DNA from: a virus
Lineage: Duplodnaviria; Caudoviricetes
Direction: 5' to 3' (one strand)
Length of the DNA: 64,000 bases
IMG/VR virus record: IMGVR_UViG_2728369134_000004
Location: 1 to 64,000 of that record
In this document: positions 46,663-56,373 of the stretch, in pieces
How the letters are laid out: each line of letters starts with the position of its first letter
Position numbering within the stretch: the stretch's first letter is position 1
Program-made: the position numbers and the translations under genes
Notes under the pieces: model-generated
What the model saw: only the letters and a program-made list of their open reading frames with translations
Databases searched by the model: none
Told to the model about the DNA's origin: nothing

Positions 46663-46885
46663 ATGTATCACCTCCTTCTAATAAGAACTAAAAATCAACA
46701 GCAATTGCTGATAAAAGATTGCTTGATTTTAGTTAACTTACCAGAGGTAGGTTGACAATCCCACTCATTTAACTAACATTACTGGAATAATATAGCATGT
46801 ATTTGCAAATTTGCACATATCAGAATTTTGAGTCAAAATTAATTTTAAAGCATCTCAACTTTATACATTAAACATTACGAATCAC

Positions 46886-47149
46886 TTAGATACCGCTTCT
46901 CGTTTTTTTTGATAAATGATTTTTCACAGATTCTTTAGCTGTCTTTAAATCGATTTTCTCATTTGGAATAACATCCATGACATTTGATTTAAACAAGAAA
47001 TGTTGTTTCTCTTCAGTTTCTACATAAATCATGTACTTATCTCTACCAACTACCTTACCCTTCAAAGGCTTTCCATTACTTAATACAAATGTACATGGCA
47101 TTTCATAATGTTCTAAATACATTAAAATACTATCAAAAAACATATGCAT
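46886..47149 (-). CDS. Hfq-like Sm-fold RNA chaperone
   Basis: CTFVLSNGKPLKGKVVGRDKYMIYV...QHFLFKSNVMDV aligns by eye to Hfq Sm1/Sm2. Confidence 0.75.
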   Translation of the reverse strand: MHMFFDSILMYLEHYEMPCTFVLSNGKPLKGKVVGRDKYMIYVETEEKQHFLFKSNVMDVIPNEKIDLKTAKESVKNHLSKKTRSGI

Positions 47150-47389
47150 ATACTTCATCCCCCTTTGAAACAAGTATAACAAGAAAAATTAGATAATAAT
47201 ATTAACCATTTAAGCACTTAACAACTTAATAATTTCACGTACTATATCCGATTGATAAAACCAAATTCAGCAGTAAGGCCTATTCTACCATCCCCATACA
47301 TAATAAAAACCCCCTAAATAGGAGGTTTAGGAATAACAAAGTACTAGGGTGCATATAACTTTGCTTTAAAGGGACAGGGATGTCCGCTT

Positions 47390-48703
47390 TTATATTTCTT
47401 TTCTTAGACGACGTAAATGCCTTTCCGAAATGCCCATTTCTGCTGCTACGGACTTCCATTTTGGCTTTGGATTTTCTGCGATCAATTCTTTTAATTTAGC
47501 TAGCTGATTATCAGTTTGTCTTGCAGTTTTCTCTTTATGTTCTTCTAAGCTAACAGAACCACGGGTTTTTCGCTTTCTTAGCTTGTCCCTGTGTTTACTT
47601 TCCTCTGAATCAATTAATGTATCCATCAATTCAAGTTCTTCTTTTGTTAATTTTATGTCTAATTTTCTAAAAATCGTCTCTGTTTTCATTGGTTTAATTA
47701 AATTTGACGCTAATCCTCGCATCGTAAACCCATTTTCCGCAAACGCATCGAAAAACTTTATAGCATCTCTATACGCATCTTTCGCTGTTCTTTCTACTTC
47801 TTTTTTCGTTTGCGGTTCTTTAAATTTATCATTTATCTGAAATGTCATTTCTAACGTCGCTATTTGGTTTTTAACGATCAAAGCTGTCGTGAAGGCGTAA
47901 ATGTATGTCATGTCGTGTCTATGCTCTATTTCGCCATTTCTGAGCGCCACAATCTTCTCTAAATCAGATTTCCTTTTTGTATTTAAACTATAAAGGTTCA
48001 TTACCCCTTTTTGAGAAGGTAGTGTTGAAATTGACCCTTTTTTACGTGTAGCAGTTCGTTTCGGTTGTCTCTTCTTTTCTAAAGGTGGTACATAATCATA
48101 TAACTCTTGTAGATCGTGTTCGCGTCTTGTCCAAATTTCAAGTTCTATTTGCTTTCCAGTTTTGCTATGCGTTGTATATGGCATGCGCAGGACCCTTGAA
48201 AGGTCGCTACATGATCCGTCTGCACCTAATGGCATCAACATTTTTATAAAATGGTTTGTTATGTATTGAGATAAAAATGCCATTTGTGGAGCTGCGCCAC
48301 CTTGTACAGTGTAAATCAGTTGCATTCCTCGACCATACATAACTAAATTAGGACAAGGGAGCATCCCTTCTGCAATGAAATCTTGTAAGTTTTGAATCAC
48401 GTATTCTTTTGAAATATCCAACTTGTAAAAATCTAAATCTACGCCGATATTCCGTATTTGTTTTAAATCTGTCGCTTTCCTACTTCCAAATACAAAGCTA
48501 TTCAATGACAGATAAAAGTCCTTATTTGAAGGATTAGACATATTTGAAAGAGTTTTAATGTCATTTGTGCCTATCCATAATTGTTTCTTCTCGCTACCGC
48601 TTAAATCTAAAACGGCTATATACCCACTCTTTTTATGTTCTGACAAGTAGCATTCATGCCACTCATCAATAAACGATTCCTGGTGTTGCCTTATAGCTAA
48701 CAC
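47390..48703 (-). CDS. Plasmid-type replication initiator (primase-like N-terminus, C-terminal HTH)
   Basis: YLSLNSF, GVDLDF, GRGMQL, SRVLRMP; C-terminal VAAEMGISERHLRRL; divergent from parM. Confidence 0.75.
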   Translation of the reverse strand: MLAIRQHQESFIDEWHECYLSEHKKSGYIAVLDLSGSEKKQLWIGTNDIKTLSNMSNPSNKDFYLSLNSFVFGSRKATDLKQIRNIGVDLDFYKLDISKEYVIQNLQDFIAEGMLPCPNLVMYGRGMQLIYTVQGGAAPQMAFLSQYITNHFIKMLMPLGADGSCSDLSRVLRMPYTTHSKTGKQIELEIWTRREHDLQELYDYVPPLEKKRQPKRTATRKKGSISTLPSQKGVMNLYSLNTKRKSDLEKIVALRNGEIEHRHDMTYIYAFTTALIVKNQIATLEMTFQINDKFKEPQTKKEVERTAKDAYRDAIKFFDAFAENGFTMRGLASNLIKPMKTETIFRKLDIKLTKEELELMDTLIDSEESKHRDKLRKRKTRGSVSLEEHKEKTARQTDNQLAKLKELIAENPKPKWKSVAAEMGISERHLRRLRKEI

Positions 48704-48755
48704 AAATAGACCTCCTTTTGAGAATAAAAGGAAGTCACACAAGGATATAAAAGTA

Positions 48756-48890
48756 TTTACCTTATTGATTAAATTTGATATCATAGAGACATAAATTAAT
48801 TAACAACAGGGTATACACCTTGTGTAACTTATCAGAGAGTCTTAAATCCAAAGTTTGGTCGCGGAGGATTTAGGGCTCTTTCTCATTTAT
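48756..48890 (+). ncRNA. Putative rep countertranscript (copy-control RNA)
   Basis: TTTACC-N17-TATCAT promoter 48756-84; hairpins 48806-23 and 48835-80 with T tract. Confidence 0.5.
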
Positions 48891-49110
48891 TCGATTAATT
48901 TCTACATCAATTGTAATACAAGTTTCATATAGTTACAAGAAGCAGGAAGATAAGCGTGAAGCTTGTCTTCTTTTTTTATTGTTGATAAAACCTTTAGGGA
49001 GGATTGACGAATCTTAGGGAGGACAAGCCTATGTCTTCCCTACCTCGCAACATTCATTTTTATTAATATTGCGAAGCCTTTGCGATGCCCTATAACCTTG
49101 CAAACTAATA

Positions 49111-49208
49111 ATCAATGATTAACCAATAATAAATTTAGCGTTTTTGGTATATTTCATTGAATTTAAACGTAAGTATCTGTTAGAATCAAAAATATCAATG
49201 ATTAACCA
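49111..49208. repeat. ATCAATGATTAACCA direct repeats (candidate parC / ParR operator)
   Basis: Exact 15-mers at 49111-25 and 49194-208 upstream of parM. Confidence 0.6.
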
Positions 49209-49231
49209 TTGGTTTTGAAAGGGGAATATAT

Positions 49232-50263
49232 ATGCTATTAGGAAATCCGTATGCGATTGACTTAGGAAATGGTTTTACAAAGCGTGCTTCAAAGAAAAAC
49301 AAATCACTAGAGGCTGATGTTATTACAGAATTATCGGTGTTAGCGCCTGTTGATGACTACTACAACGAAGCTAGTTTCACAAAAATTGAATTAACGAACA
49401 CCGACTTCCCTTACTACATAGGAGAAGAAGCTAGAAAATCAAAACTTCCATTAATTCGCGCGCTTGGCGAGAACAAAGCAAAACGTTATGAGGATCCAAC
49501 GTTTAAGAAACAGCTATTCGGATTCATTGCAAAAGACTTTAAGAAGAACGTTACTATTCCGTTACTTGTTACCGGTCTTCCAGTATCTCACTTCGGTAAT
49601 CAACGCGAATCAATCCGTAAGGTCGCTATGGAAGAAACAGCAGTAAAAGTAAACGGTGAATTAATCACAGTTAAAGTAAAAGAGTGTTTAGTAATCCCAC
49701 AACCAGTAGGAACACAATATTACCTGGTTAAAAAAGAAATTATTAATAAAGAAGATCGTATCCTTATCATTGATGGTGGATTCGGTACATTCGATGTTAC
49801 TGATATGTCTGGTAATGCTGTTATCGACCGTTTAGGAACTGAATTAGGTTGCGAGAAAGCATTCATGGCTATTGAGCAAATCGTACGCGATAACATTGGC
49901 GAAACACCTGATTTAAGCGTTTCTAACATGCACTATATCCTTGAAAATGGCTATAAGTACAATGGCTCTCTATACGACTTATACACTCATAAAGATGTAG
50001 CTGAGAAAGTTGATGAAGAATTACAACGTCATTTCGATGCAGCATTACGTGAAGTTTCTCAAAAGTTTAACTTAGCTGTATACGATAAAATTGTATGGAC
50101 TGGCGGAATGGCTGCGCTTCACAAAAAGCGTATCGAGAAGAAAAAAGAGCAATTCCCAACATTTGCTGTTCTAGAAAATGGTCAAGAAGCTAACCTATTA
50201 GGATACTACTATTTAGGATGTGATGTTTTTGACAAACTTACAAAAGAAAAAACTGCAAATTGA
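49232..50263 (+). CDS. parM: ParM/StbA actin-like partition ATPase
   Basis: IDLGNGFTK, IIDGGFGTFD, TGGMA actin motifs. Confidence 0.9.
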   Translation: MLLGNPYAIDLGNGFTKRASKKNKSLEADVITELSVLAPVDDYYNEASFTKIELTNTDFPYYIGEEARKSKLPLIRALGENKAKRYEDPTFKKQLFGFIAKDFKKNVTIPLLVTGLPVSHFGNQRESIRKVAMEETAVKVNGELITVKVKECLVIPQPVGTQYYLVKKEIINKEDRILIIDGGFGTFDVTDMSGNAVIDRLGTELGCEKAFMAIEQIVRDNIGETPDLSVSNMHYILENGYKYNGSLYDLYTHKDVAEKVDEELQRHFDAALREVSQKFNLAVYDKIVWTGGMAALHKKRIEKKKEQFPTFAVLENGQEANLLGYYYLGCDVFDKLTKEKTAN

Positions 50264-50549
50264 GCTTAACCCTAACAACGATAAGGTTCTTTACAACTTT
50301 GTAACTCGTTTAGAGGAACAAGGAAAAGGACAAAAAGGTTACGTAAATAAACAAATTAAAAAGCGATTAGAAATGTACCAGGTACTTGCAGAAGTTGCTG
50401 GTGAAGAAGATCCGCTTCAATTAGTTAAAAAGCTACTAATCAATATAAATACTCATGGCATACAGAATGATGCGGGAGAAGATGAGAAACCTTCTGAAGA
50501 AGCTGTCGATAATGCTATGGAGTTAATTAATGGTTTCAACGATTGGTAA
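50220..50549 (+). CDS. Putative ParR adaptor
   Basis: Small, overlaps the parM stop, acidic C-terminal tail. Confidence 0.65.
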   Translation: MMFLTNLQKKKLQIELNPNNDKVLYNFVTRLEEQGKGQKGYVNKQIKKRLEMYQVLAEVAGEEDPLQLVKKLLININTHGIQNDAGEDEKPSEEAVDNAMELINGFNDW

Positions 50550-50659
50550 TAACTATCTAACAAAAATATAAGATACCTCCTCTCTTTTCTCAAAAACAGC
50601 AGGAATGATAGCATGTTGGAACTATGACCCTGTGTTAACAGAGAGGGAGGAGGTTAATT

Positions 50660-51058
50660 TTGAAAGGGGAGAGCATCATGAGCAACGTTAACCCTATGTT
50701 TGAACCTCGAAAACAATCTACTACAATAACAAACCAACAACCTCGTAAAATTCGTTCTGATAAAAAGAAAGATGTAAAAATCCCCGTAAATGAAATACAA
50801 AGACAACTAATAAGATCCTCAGCATTCCAAGAAGGAATAACCACTACACAATATATGTCCAAATTAATCACAGAACACCTTAGGATTGATTATATAAATG
50901 AGATACATGCATATGACTATAAAGATACCAAAAAGTACATTCATGCGAAATTGGAGCAGGAAACGCATTCTAAGCTTGTCCGATTGGCAATTGAATGGGG
51001 AGTTTCGCAAAGAGCTGCAGCAACACGTATTTTATGCTTTGCATTACGCACTATGTGA
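50660..51058 (+). CDS. Ribbon-helix-helix-like protein
   Basis: KKDVKIPV...; tandem RHH-like halves. Confidence 0.6.
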   Translation: MKGESIMSNVNPMFEPRKQSTTITNQQPRKIRSDKKKDVKIPVNEIQRQLIRSSAFQEGITTTQYMSKLITEHLRIDYINEIHAYDYKDTKKYIHAKLEQETHSKLVRLAIEWGVSQRAAATRILCFALRTM

Positions 51059-51600
51059 GAGGTGACAGCATGTATAGTAAATACGATGTAATGACAAAAG
51101 AAATTCAACTTATGAGTGCTAATAATTGGTGGGAACGAACTAAAATTGAATGGAAATTAAAAGAGAAGTACCGTTTTGAAGTGAAGATGCTCAAAATTTA
51201 CTTATTCCGTATGAATATTATTATCGAAGATATGGAAGAGGAAGAATATGAGTGTAATGCTAGTGATCTAGCTGAAATACTAGTCGAAGACTTTCTTGAA
51301 CATATAAGGTCCAAGAATAGTATGGAGCAGCTGTATCAAATTCTAGAGAGTAAGAAGCACTATACTGATTATGAATTAGAATTTAATGAAAACGATGAAC
51401 GATATGGAACGATTGATGTGAAAATTGATAGAAGGACATTGAGAAGGATTGAAGTGTTTTTCTCGGATATGGCTCACACCTTCCCTATGCACGGATATAC
51501 GGCTGATAAACTGATTAATATTCTGATGTGTGATTACATGAAGTACTATGCAGAAGAACCAGGAAAGAAGCTCTCTTTATTGAAAAGACGTTTTTCGTAA
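50995..51600 (+). CDS. Hypothetical protein (probable start 51070)
   Basis: GAGGTG RBS before MYSKY. Confidence 0.65.
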   Translation: MGSFAKSCSNTYFMLCITHYVRGDSMYSKYDVMTKEIQLMSANNWWERTKIEWKLKEKYRFEVKMLKIYLFRMNIIIEDMEEEEYECNASDLAEILVEDFLEHIRSKNSMEQLYQILESKKHYTDYELEFNENDERYGTIDVKIDRRTLRRIEVFFSDMAHTFPMHGYTADKLINILMCDYMKYYAEEPGKKLSLLKRRFS

Positions 51601-51697
51601 AAAATTGTCGACCATGCACCATTTTTAGGCCCCTATTTTTAGGGGTTTATTTTTTGTGCATTTAGGAAAGTACTGTAGATAACAATTTTCATAGGGA

Positions 51698-51931
51698 GTG
51701 AGAATGATGTGGAGGTTTCGTTCTAAGAGAACGCCACTAGGAAGGTTTTTAGATAAACATAGAATTGAGCAGGAATGGTTAGTGAGGAAATCAGGTTTAG
51801 GACGAAACACTGTAGGAGATTTAGCGAATAATCCGGACAGATCACCCACACGAAAAACAATGCAGAAGATATTGAAGGTATTGAGGGAATTTGATTCAAG
51901 GGTTAAAGCTGATGATTTTTGGGATATGTAA
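51698..51931 (+). CDS. Cro/C1-type HTH protein
   Basis: QEWLVRKSGLGRNTVGDLA. Confidence 0.8.
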   Translation: MRMMWRFRSKRTPLGRFLDKHRIEQEWLVRKSGLGRNTVGDLANNPDRSPTRKTMQKILKVLREFDSRVKADDFWDM

Positions 51932-51970
51932 AATAAGCCGCCCGACAGGACGGCTCTTTTCTCGCTCAAA

Positions 51971-52756
51971 CTATTCTTTTGTATAGAAGTATTTAAGTCC
52001 TTTCGCATCTAACCATGCTGTTGCTCGATCTAGTTCATTCCCTTGGCGAAATGCTGTTTCAAATCTAACTAATCCTTGTTTATCTCCATATGAGATAATA
52101 CGAGATTCATAACCTAGGGCATCCATCATTCCTAACATCTCAGGTACTAACGCTGTACCAAACTCATACGTAACAACTTTGCTAAATTTATTCACTGTAA
52201 TCTCCACCTCTCTGTTATTTGTACTTGATTGAATTGTTTTGCCAACAATAACCTCAGCTACCGCTTTAGCTGCCTTGTCAAAGTTAGCACGGTATTTTTG
52301 CATATCTGTTTCATTATCAATAAAGCAGATTTCTGGAAGTAGTCCGGTCTTCGTTTTATTAATCCAACCTAATTCTGTTGAAAACTTAATTCCTCTATCT
52401 CTTAATCCAAATGCATCGGCCATCGCTTTTGAAATTTTAGCTGCTAATTCTCTATTACCGTATGAAGGATGTAACCACACTTCACAACCTGTACCGCCTG
52501 GAGTGGCATTTAAATGGAACTGTAAATCTACATCACTATCTTTAACTCGTAAGTGGTTATTTGCTGCATTATTCCAAACATCGTATTTTGTCGTTCCTAC
52601 TTCGTCAGAACAGTTCACATAATCCCATCCTGCTGATTGTACATATTTAGCAACTGCGTCAAGAAACCTTCTATCCTCCACATGTTCTTTCCCATAAGCG
52701 CTATTTGCACCTTGTACGATACTATTGTGACCACCTGATCCTGCGAAACAACCCAT
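51971..52756 (-). CDS. Endolysin, Amidase_3 plus cell-wall binding domain
   Basis: GGH...KE...FHLNA...PEICFIDN. Confidence 0.9.
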   Translation of the reverse strand: MGCFAGSGGHNSIVQGANSAYGKEHVEDRRFLDAVAKYVQSAGWDYVNCSDEVGTTKYDVWNNAANNHLRVKDSDVDLQFHLNATPGGTGCEVWLHPSYGNRELAAKISKAMADAFGLRDRGIKFSTELGWINKTKTGLLPEICFIDNETDMQKYRANFDKAAKAVAEVIVGKTIQSSTNNREVEITVNKFSKVVTYEFGTALVPEMLGMMDALGYESRIISYGDKQGLVRFETAFRQGNELDRATAWLDAKGLKYFYTKE

Positions 52757-52772
52757 TATTCAACATCTCCTT

Positions 52773-53021
52773 TTAGTGTAAGTTATTTTTTTGTAATACA
52801 TCTTTTTGTTGTAATCCTTTATTGCTTAAATAGTTATTCTTCCATGCCATATATAGAGTGAAAGCTCCTGTAATTACTGCCACTAAATCGTTTGTAATTT
52901 TGTCATCAATCGTTTGGTACCCAATAAGATTCAAAACACTGTTAATCACAGCGATTACTAATACGACATAACGACTAATTGAAGCTGCATCAAAGTTTTT
53001 CATAACCTCACCTCCTTTCAA
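52773..53021 (-). CDS. Holin, SPP1 family
   Basis: ISRYVVLVIAVIN...AWKNN. Confidence 0.9.
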   Translation of the reverse strand: MKGGEVMKNFDAASISRYVVLVIAVINSVLNLIGYQTIDDKITNDLVAVITGAFTLYMAWKNNYLSNKGLQQKDVLQKNNLH

Positions 53022-53045
53022 TAAAAAAAGTGACCGTATATACGA

Positions 53046-53285
53046 TCACTTCCCTGCGAATTTAAAAAGAGCCATTATCCCACCAGTGATAATAGCTCCA
53101 ACTACTGTAGTACCAATCCAAAATACGAATTTATCTAATCGATCAATCCTCAAATGAGCACTTTTCGCTGACTGCTGCGCTTCAATTGCAACATCCTTAA
53201 CGTTACCAAGCGTATCTAACTTTGTTTCCACCCTTGTTAATCCAACTAATAATTCCTTAAAGTCATCATGTTTTTGTTCTGGCAT
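53046..53285 (-). CDS. XhlA-like membrane protein
   Basis: LTRVETKLD...AHLRIDRL plus TM. Confidence 0.8.
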   Translation of the reverse strand: MPEQKHDDFKELLVGLTRVETKLDTLGNVKDVAIEAQQSAKSAHLRIDRLDKFVFWIGTTVVGAIITGGIMALFKFAGK

Positions 53286-53300
53286 TTATTAAGCCTCCTT

Positions 53301-54269
53301 TTAAGCTGCAAAGCAACTTGGATCCATTCCGAAAATATCTGCAATATCTTCCTCACTCCTATCTTTTAAATAGGATTGTGTTGTCGAAATATCCGAATGA
53401 TTTGCAAGTGATTTTAATTTTTCGAGTGGTACACCTTGCACTTTTAAATTATCTAATCTGCTATGACGAAAACAGTGAGGATTCATTTTATATTCCTTAC
53501 CTTCTTTTTCGTATAACATCTTAGAAAATATCTTGCACCAGTAATTAAATGCGCTCTTATTTAAAAGTTTTCGTTCACCATTCTTATAAACTCGTACGAA
53601 CAAATCTGGAATAGCATCTTTACCGCGCTGTTCTATATATAAACGAATACATTTCTGTACTCGGGGATTATAATACAATCTGAATTTCTTACCTCGCTTA
53701 CCACGTACTACATTCGTAAAATAACGTTCTGTTAGTTCTTCTTTTTGAACTTGGTAAACTTCATTCTTCCTTGCTGCACTGTAGTAAGAAAGCGCTAAAT
53801 AGGTTGCTAACATATATTTCTCTTGTTTAAGTAATTCATCGATTAACCACTCAATTTGTTCTTCAGTTATAAAAGTGATTTCTCTGACTGGATTCTTAGG
53901 TAATCCGCGGACCCGTGAACCTACATTAAATTCATACTCATAGTCATCATCGTCCGCACAAAATTCAAGTGCTGAACGCAATGCACTCATTAATCCATTC
54001 ACACGTGCATTAGACATTCCCAGCTCTTGAAAAATAATAGATAAGTTTCGAATATCTTTACGTGTTAATTCAGTTAGATTTTTATTTTCGAAGTGTTCAT
54101 GTATTAGAAACAAAATAATTCGTAAATCCCAATTGTATTGTTTTAAAGTGCTTGCCGCTTTCCCTTGTGCTTTCTTTTCGATTAGAAAATCTTTGACTAG
54201 GTTTTTGTTTTCTTGGCTAACATGCTTTTCATAAATTGCTTGGTCTACTATTCGTTTCACAATGATCAT
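53301..54269 (-). CDS. Tyrosine recombinase (Xer-like)
   Basis: SAARKNE, GKRGK, PHCFRHS, NHSDISTTQSY; catalytic set intact. Confidence 0.93.
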   Translation of the reverse strand: MIIVKRIVDQAIYEKHVSQENKNLVKDFLIEKKAQGKAASTLKQYNWDLRIILFLIHEHFENKNLTELTRKDIRNLSIIFQELGMSNARVNGLMSALRSALEFCADDDDYEYEFNVGSRVRGLPKNPVREITFITEEQIEWLIDELLKQEKYMLATYLALSYYSAARKNEVYQVQKEELTERYFTNVVRGKRGKKFRLYYNPRVQKCIRLYIEQRGKDAIPDLFVRVYKNGERKLLNKSAFNYWCKIFSKMLYEKEGKEYKMNPHCFRHSRLDNLKVQGVPLEKLKSLANHSDISTTQSYLKDRSEEDIADIFGMDPSCFAA

Positions 54270-54363
54270 CTCCTCAAAATAAAAAGAGAAGCGAAATCGC
54301 TCCTCTTGATCTATGAATTGAATTTTTACTCAAAGCCGTATTTTGTTCAAAATAAAAAGCCCA

Positions 54364-54510
54364 CTATTGTGTGCTATCGGTAATTAAATCTGCTCTTCCA
54401 TTGTCAGTTAGGTATTTATCAATTCGTTCTTTATATACCTTCATTTTTACAATGATAAATGCATACGTAAAAACTTCATCGATTACTCGTTGTGCCATAT
54501 ACTCTGCCAC
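54364..54510 (-). CDS. 48-aa tail-associated peptide, not in ORF track
   Basis: MAEYMAQRVIDE...; AGGAG RBS. Confidence 0.6.
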   Translation of the reverse strand: MAEYMAQRVIDEVFTYAFIIVKMKVYKERIDKYLTDNGRADLITDSTQ

Positions 54511-54527
54511 TTTGCATCTACTCCTTT

Positions 54528-55034
54528 CTATTGAATACCTGCAATAATCATTTCATCCATTGCTTTCTGCATTAGTTCCATTTGCTTTTTAAGTATTTCT
54601 AACTCTGACGGTTCTTCAGGTTGCGGTTCAACAGGTTCTGGCTCAACTGTTTTAACCCATTTACCATCCTTGAATACAGGCTCGTAACCTAACCAAGGGC
54701 AAACTTCTAAAGTACAGTTTTCAGGAATGTCAGGCTCATAACCAATTACAACATCCTCCTCGTATGGCACTTGGATAGTTTCATACTCTACATTTGACAT
54801 TACACAGTCAGGACACTCGTACTTACTAATTGGTCCTGCTTCGTCCTCTTGATCCGGCTCATAAGTACCATCCTCAATTGACTGGTGAAGTTCACATAAT
54901 TTCTCTTCTGTGACAACTTCTTTTTGTTCTTCTCTGTAGAAAGTCTGTTTTTCGTAAATTGGTTTTTCATCAATAGGAATCATTTCAGTGAACTTCCCGT
55001 TTTCGTCATAACAATAACCGTAATATTTAGCCAT
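54528..55034 (-). CDS. Tail fibre-associated/assembly protein
   Basis: YCYDENGKF...IPENCT...PVFKDGKW; follows BppU. Confidence 0.7.
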   Translation of the reverse strand: MAKYYGYCYDENGKFTEMIPIDEKPIYEKQTFYREEQKEVVTEEKLCELHQSIEDGTYEPDQEDEAGPISKYECPDCVMSNVEYETIQVPYEEDVVIGYEPDIPENCTLEVCPWLGYEPVFKDGKWVKTVEPEPVEPQPEEPSELEILKKQMELMQKAMDEMIIAGIQ

Positions 55035-55046
55035 TTGGTTTCCTCC

Positions 55047-56318
55047 TTAATCTGCTACGTAAGTGAACGCTATATTAAAACGTTTGCCTTTTGAAGTATT
55101 ATCAGCAAAGTGTACTTCACCGTTGTATCTAAACATAATACGTGATGGTATTCCGTCTGTTGATACACCTGTAAAGTTTATAGTGTCTGTTGGTCTCATT
55201 CCCTCAGGAAGTGTTGTTATAATCGGGTCTGTTGAATCTGCGTTTCTAATTGCGTCCAACCAAACTGTTACTGTATTACCTCTGCGGGTTACTATCTGCG
55301 GATTAGCACTCCCTGGCGTAGCATTAGCCGTTAAAGTTAATGTAGCTTTGCCGTCTTTCTCTTTAGTAGCGATCTCCCTTGAAGTAGCCTCTCCTTCTTT
55401 TCGTAAAAAAGCCTTACCTGTAGGAGTGCTAATCATGAAACCATAATCAGTTGTATTCCCTGCGTTATATAGCAGTCTTACCTTTTTAGAACCATCTGCA
55501 ACAATTAAATCGACTGAAGGAATTCCCTTTTGGATTTCAAGATTTCCTGTCATAGTATCTCCGGTTTTCTTTACAAGATTGGAATCTCCCAAGACATTGA
55601 CTGTAGCCCCACTCCCTAAACGAACTTCTTTCGTTGCAGGTCTGTACTCGAAAGGAATTACATTCTGAGGGGCATCCCATAACACAAAGTAATTTGAACC
55701 GTTTAGCCCCATTCGGATTGCTTCAGAGTTTTCTAAATCCCATGAGATGCTTCTCCACCCTGCCCCACTTGCTGGAGACTTGTCTATGCGGATATTACCT
55801 GTCATCGTTCCGCCCGTTTTCGGTAACGCTCCCTTTGCTAATTCCCCAGCTGCAATAGTCCCGTTAATATCTACACCTTCAAGTTTCTTACCTGCTTCAA
55901 TTGCTTTTTGAATAATTGTAAATTCATTTGTGGACTCAACTGCTTCATCGCTTGCCAACGAATCATTTACTACAAAAAAGAACTTTTGTGTATCAATGAT
56001 TCTATCCTCTTCCTCAATATGGATCTGTGCAATTACATTACCAACTGAAGTCAAAGTTTGAGTCTTTAATACAATTTGATATTTTCCCTTCATTGCATTA
56101 ATCGGTTGGCAATCGTTTTGGAATACACGAGTTCCATCCGGCTTTTTAAATGACATTCGTACCGATTTCGCTTGGCTTAAATCAAGCTCCGCACCTTTAT
56201 TTGTTATTGTTACTAATAATTTAGCGGAGTTTCTATCATTTTGAGAAAAGCGATTGGAACAAGTTGTTGATGTATCATGTACTAAATCTACGTTAATTTC
56301 ATAGGTCTTAAATGTCAT
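55047..56318 (-). CDS. BppU-family baseplate/tail fibre (RBP)
   Basis: RFSQNDRNSAKL BppU N-terminus; two KTGxTMTGN fibre repeats; LPEGMRP head. Confidence 0.88.
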   Translation of the reverse strand: MTFKTYEINVDLVHDTSTTCSNRFSQNDRNSAKLLVTITNKGAELDLSQAKSVRMSFKKPDGTRVFQNDCQPINAMKGKYQIVLKTQTLTSVGNVIAQIHIEEEDRIIDTQKFFFVVNDSLASDEAVESTNEFTIIQKAIEAGKKLEGVDINGTIAAGELAKGALPKTGGTMTGNIRIDKSPASGAGWRSISWDLENSEAIRMGLNGSNYFVLWDAPQNVIPFEYRPATKEVRLGSGATVNVLGDSNLVKKTGDTMTGNLEIQKGIPSVDLIVADGSKKVRLLYNAGNTTDYGFMISTPTGKAFLRKEGEATSREIATKEKDGKATLTLTANATPGSANPQIVTRRGNTVTVWLDAIRNADSTDPIITTLPEGMRPTDTINFTGVSTDGIPSRIMFRYNGEVHFADNTSKGKRFNIAFTYVAD

Positions 56319-56373
56319 AGAATCACTCCTTTATGCAAAATAAAAAAGACCAGCCGTTGCTGCTCCATCTGTT

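Noticed and set aside
45600-47300. Second att site / gerE 5' half
   Set aside because: No GerE N-terminal coding sequence or matching TGCAT/CTAGC half-site found by eye
53301-56318. Tail-fibre shufflon/invertase system
   Set aside because: No inverted alternative fibre C-termini or inverted crossover repeats seen; all genes are co-oriented
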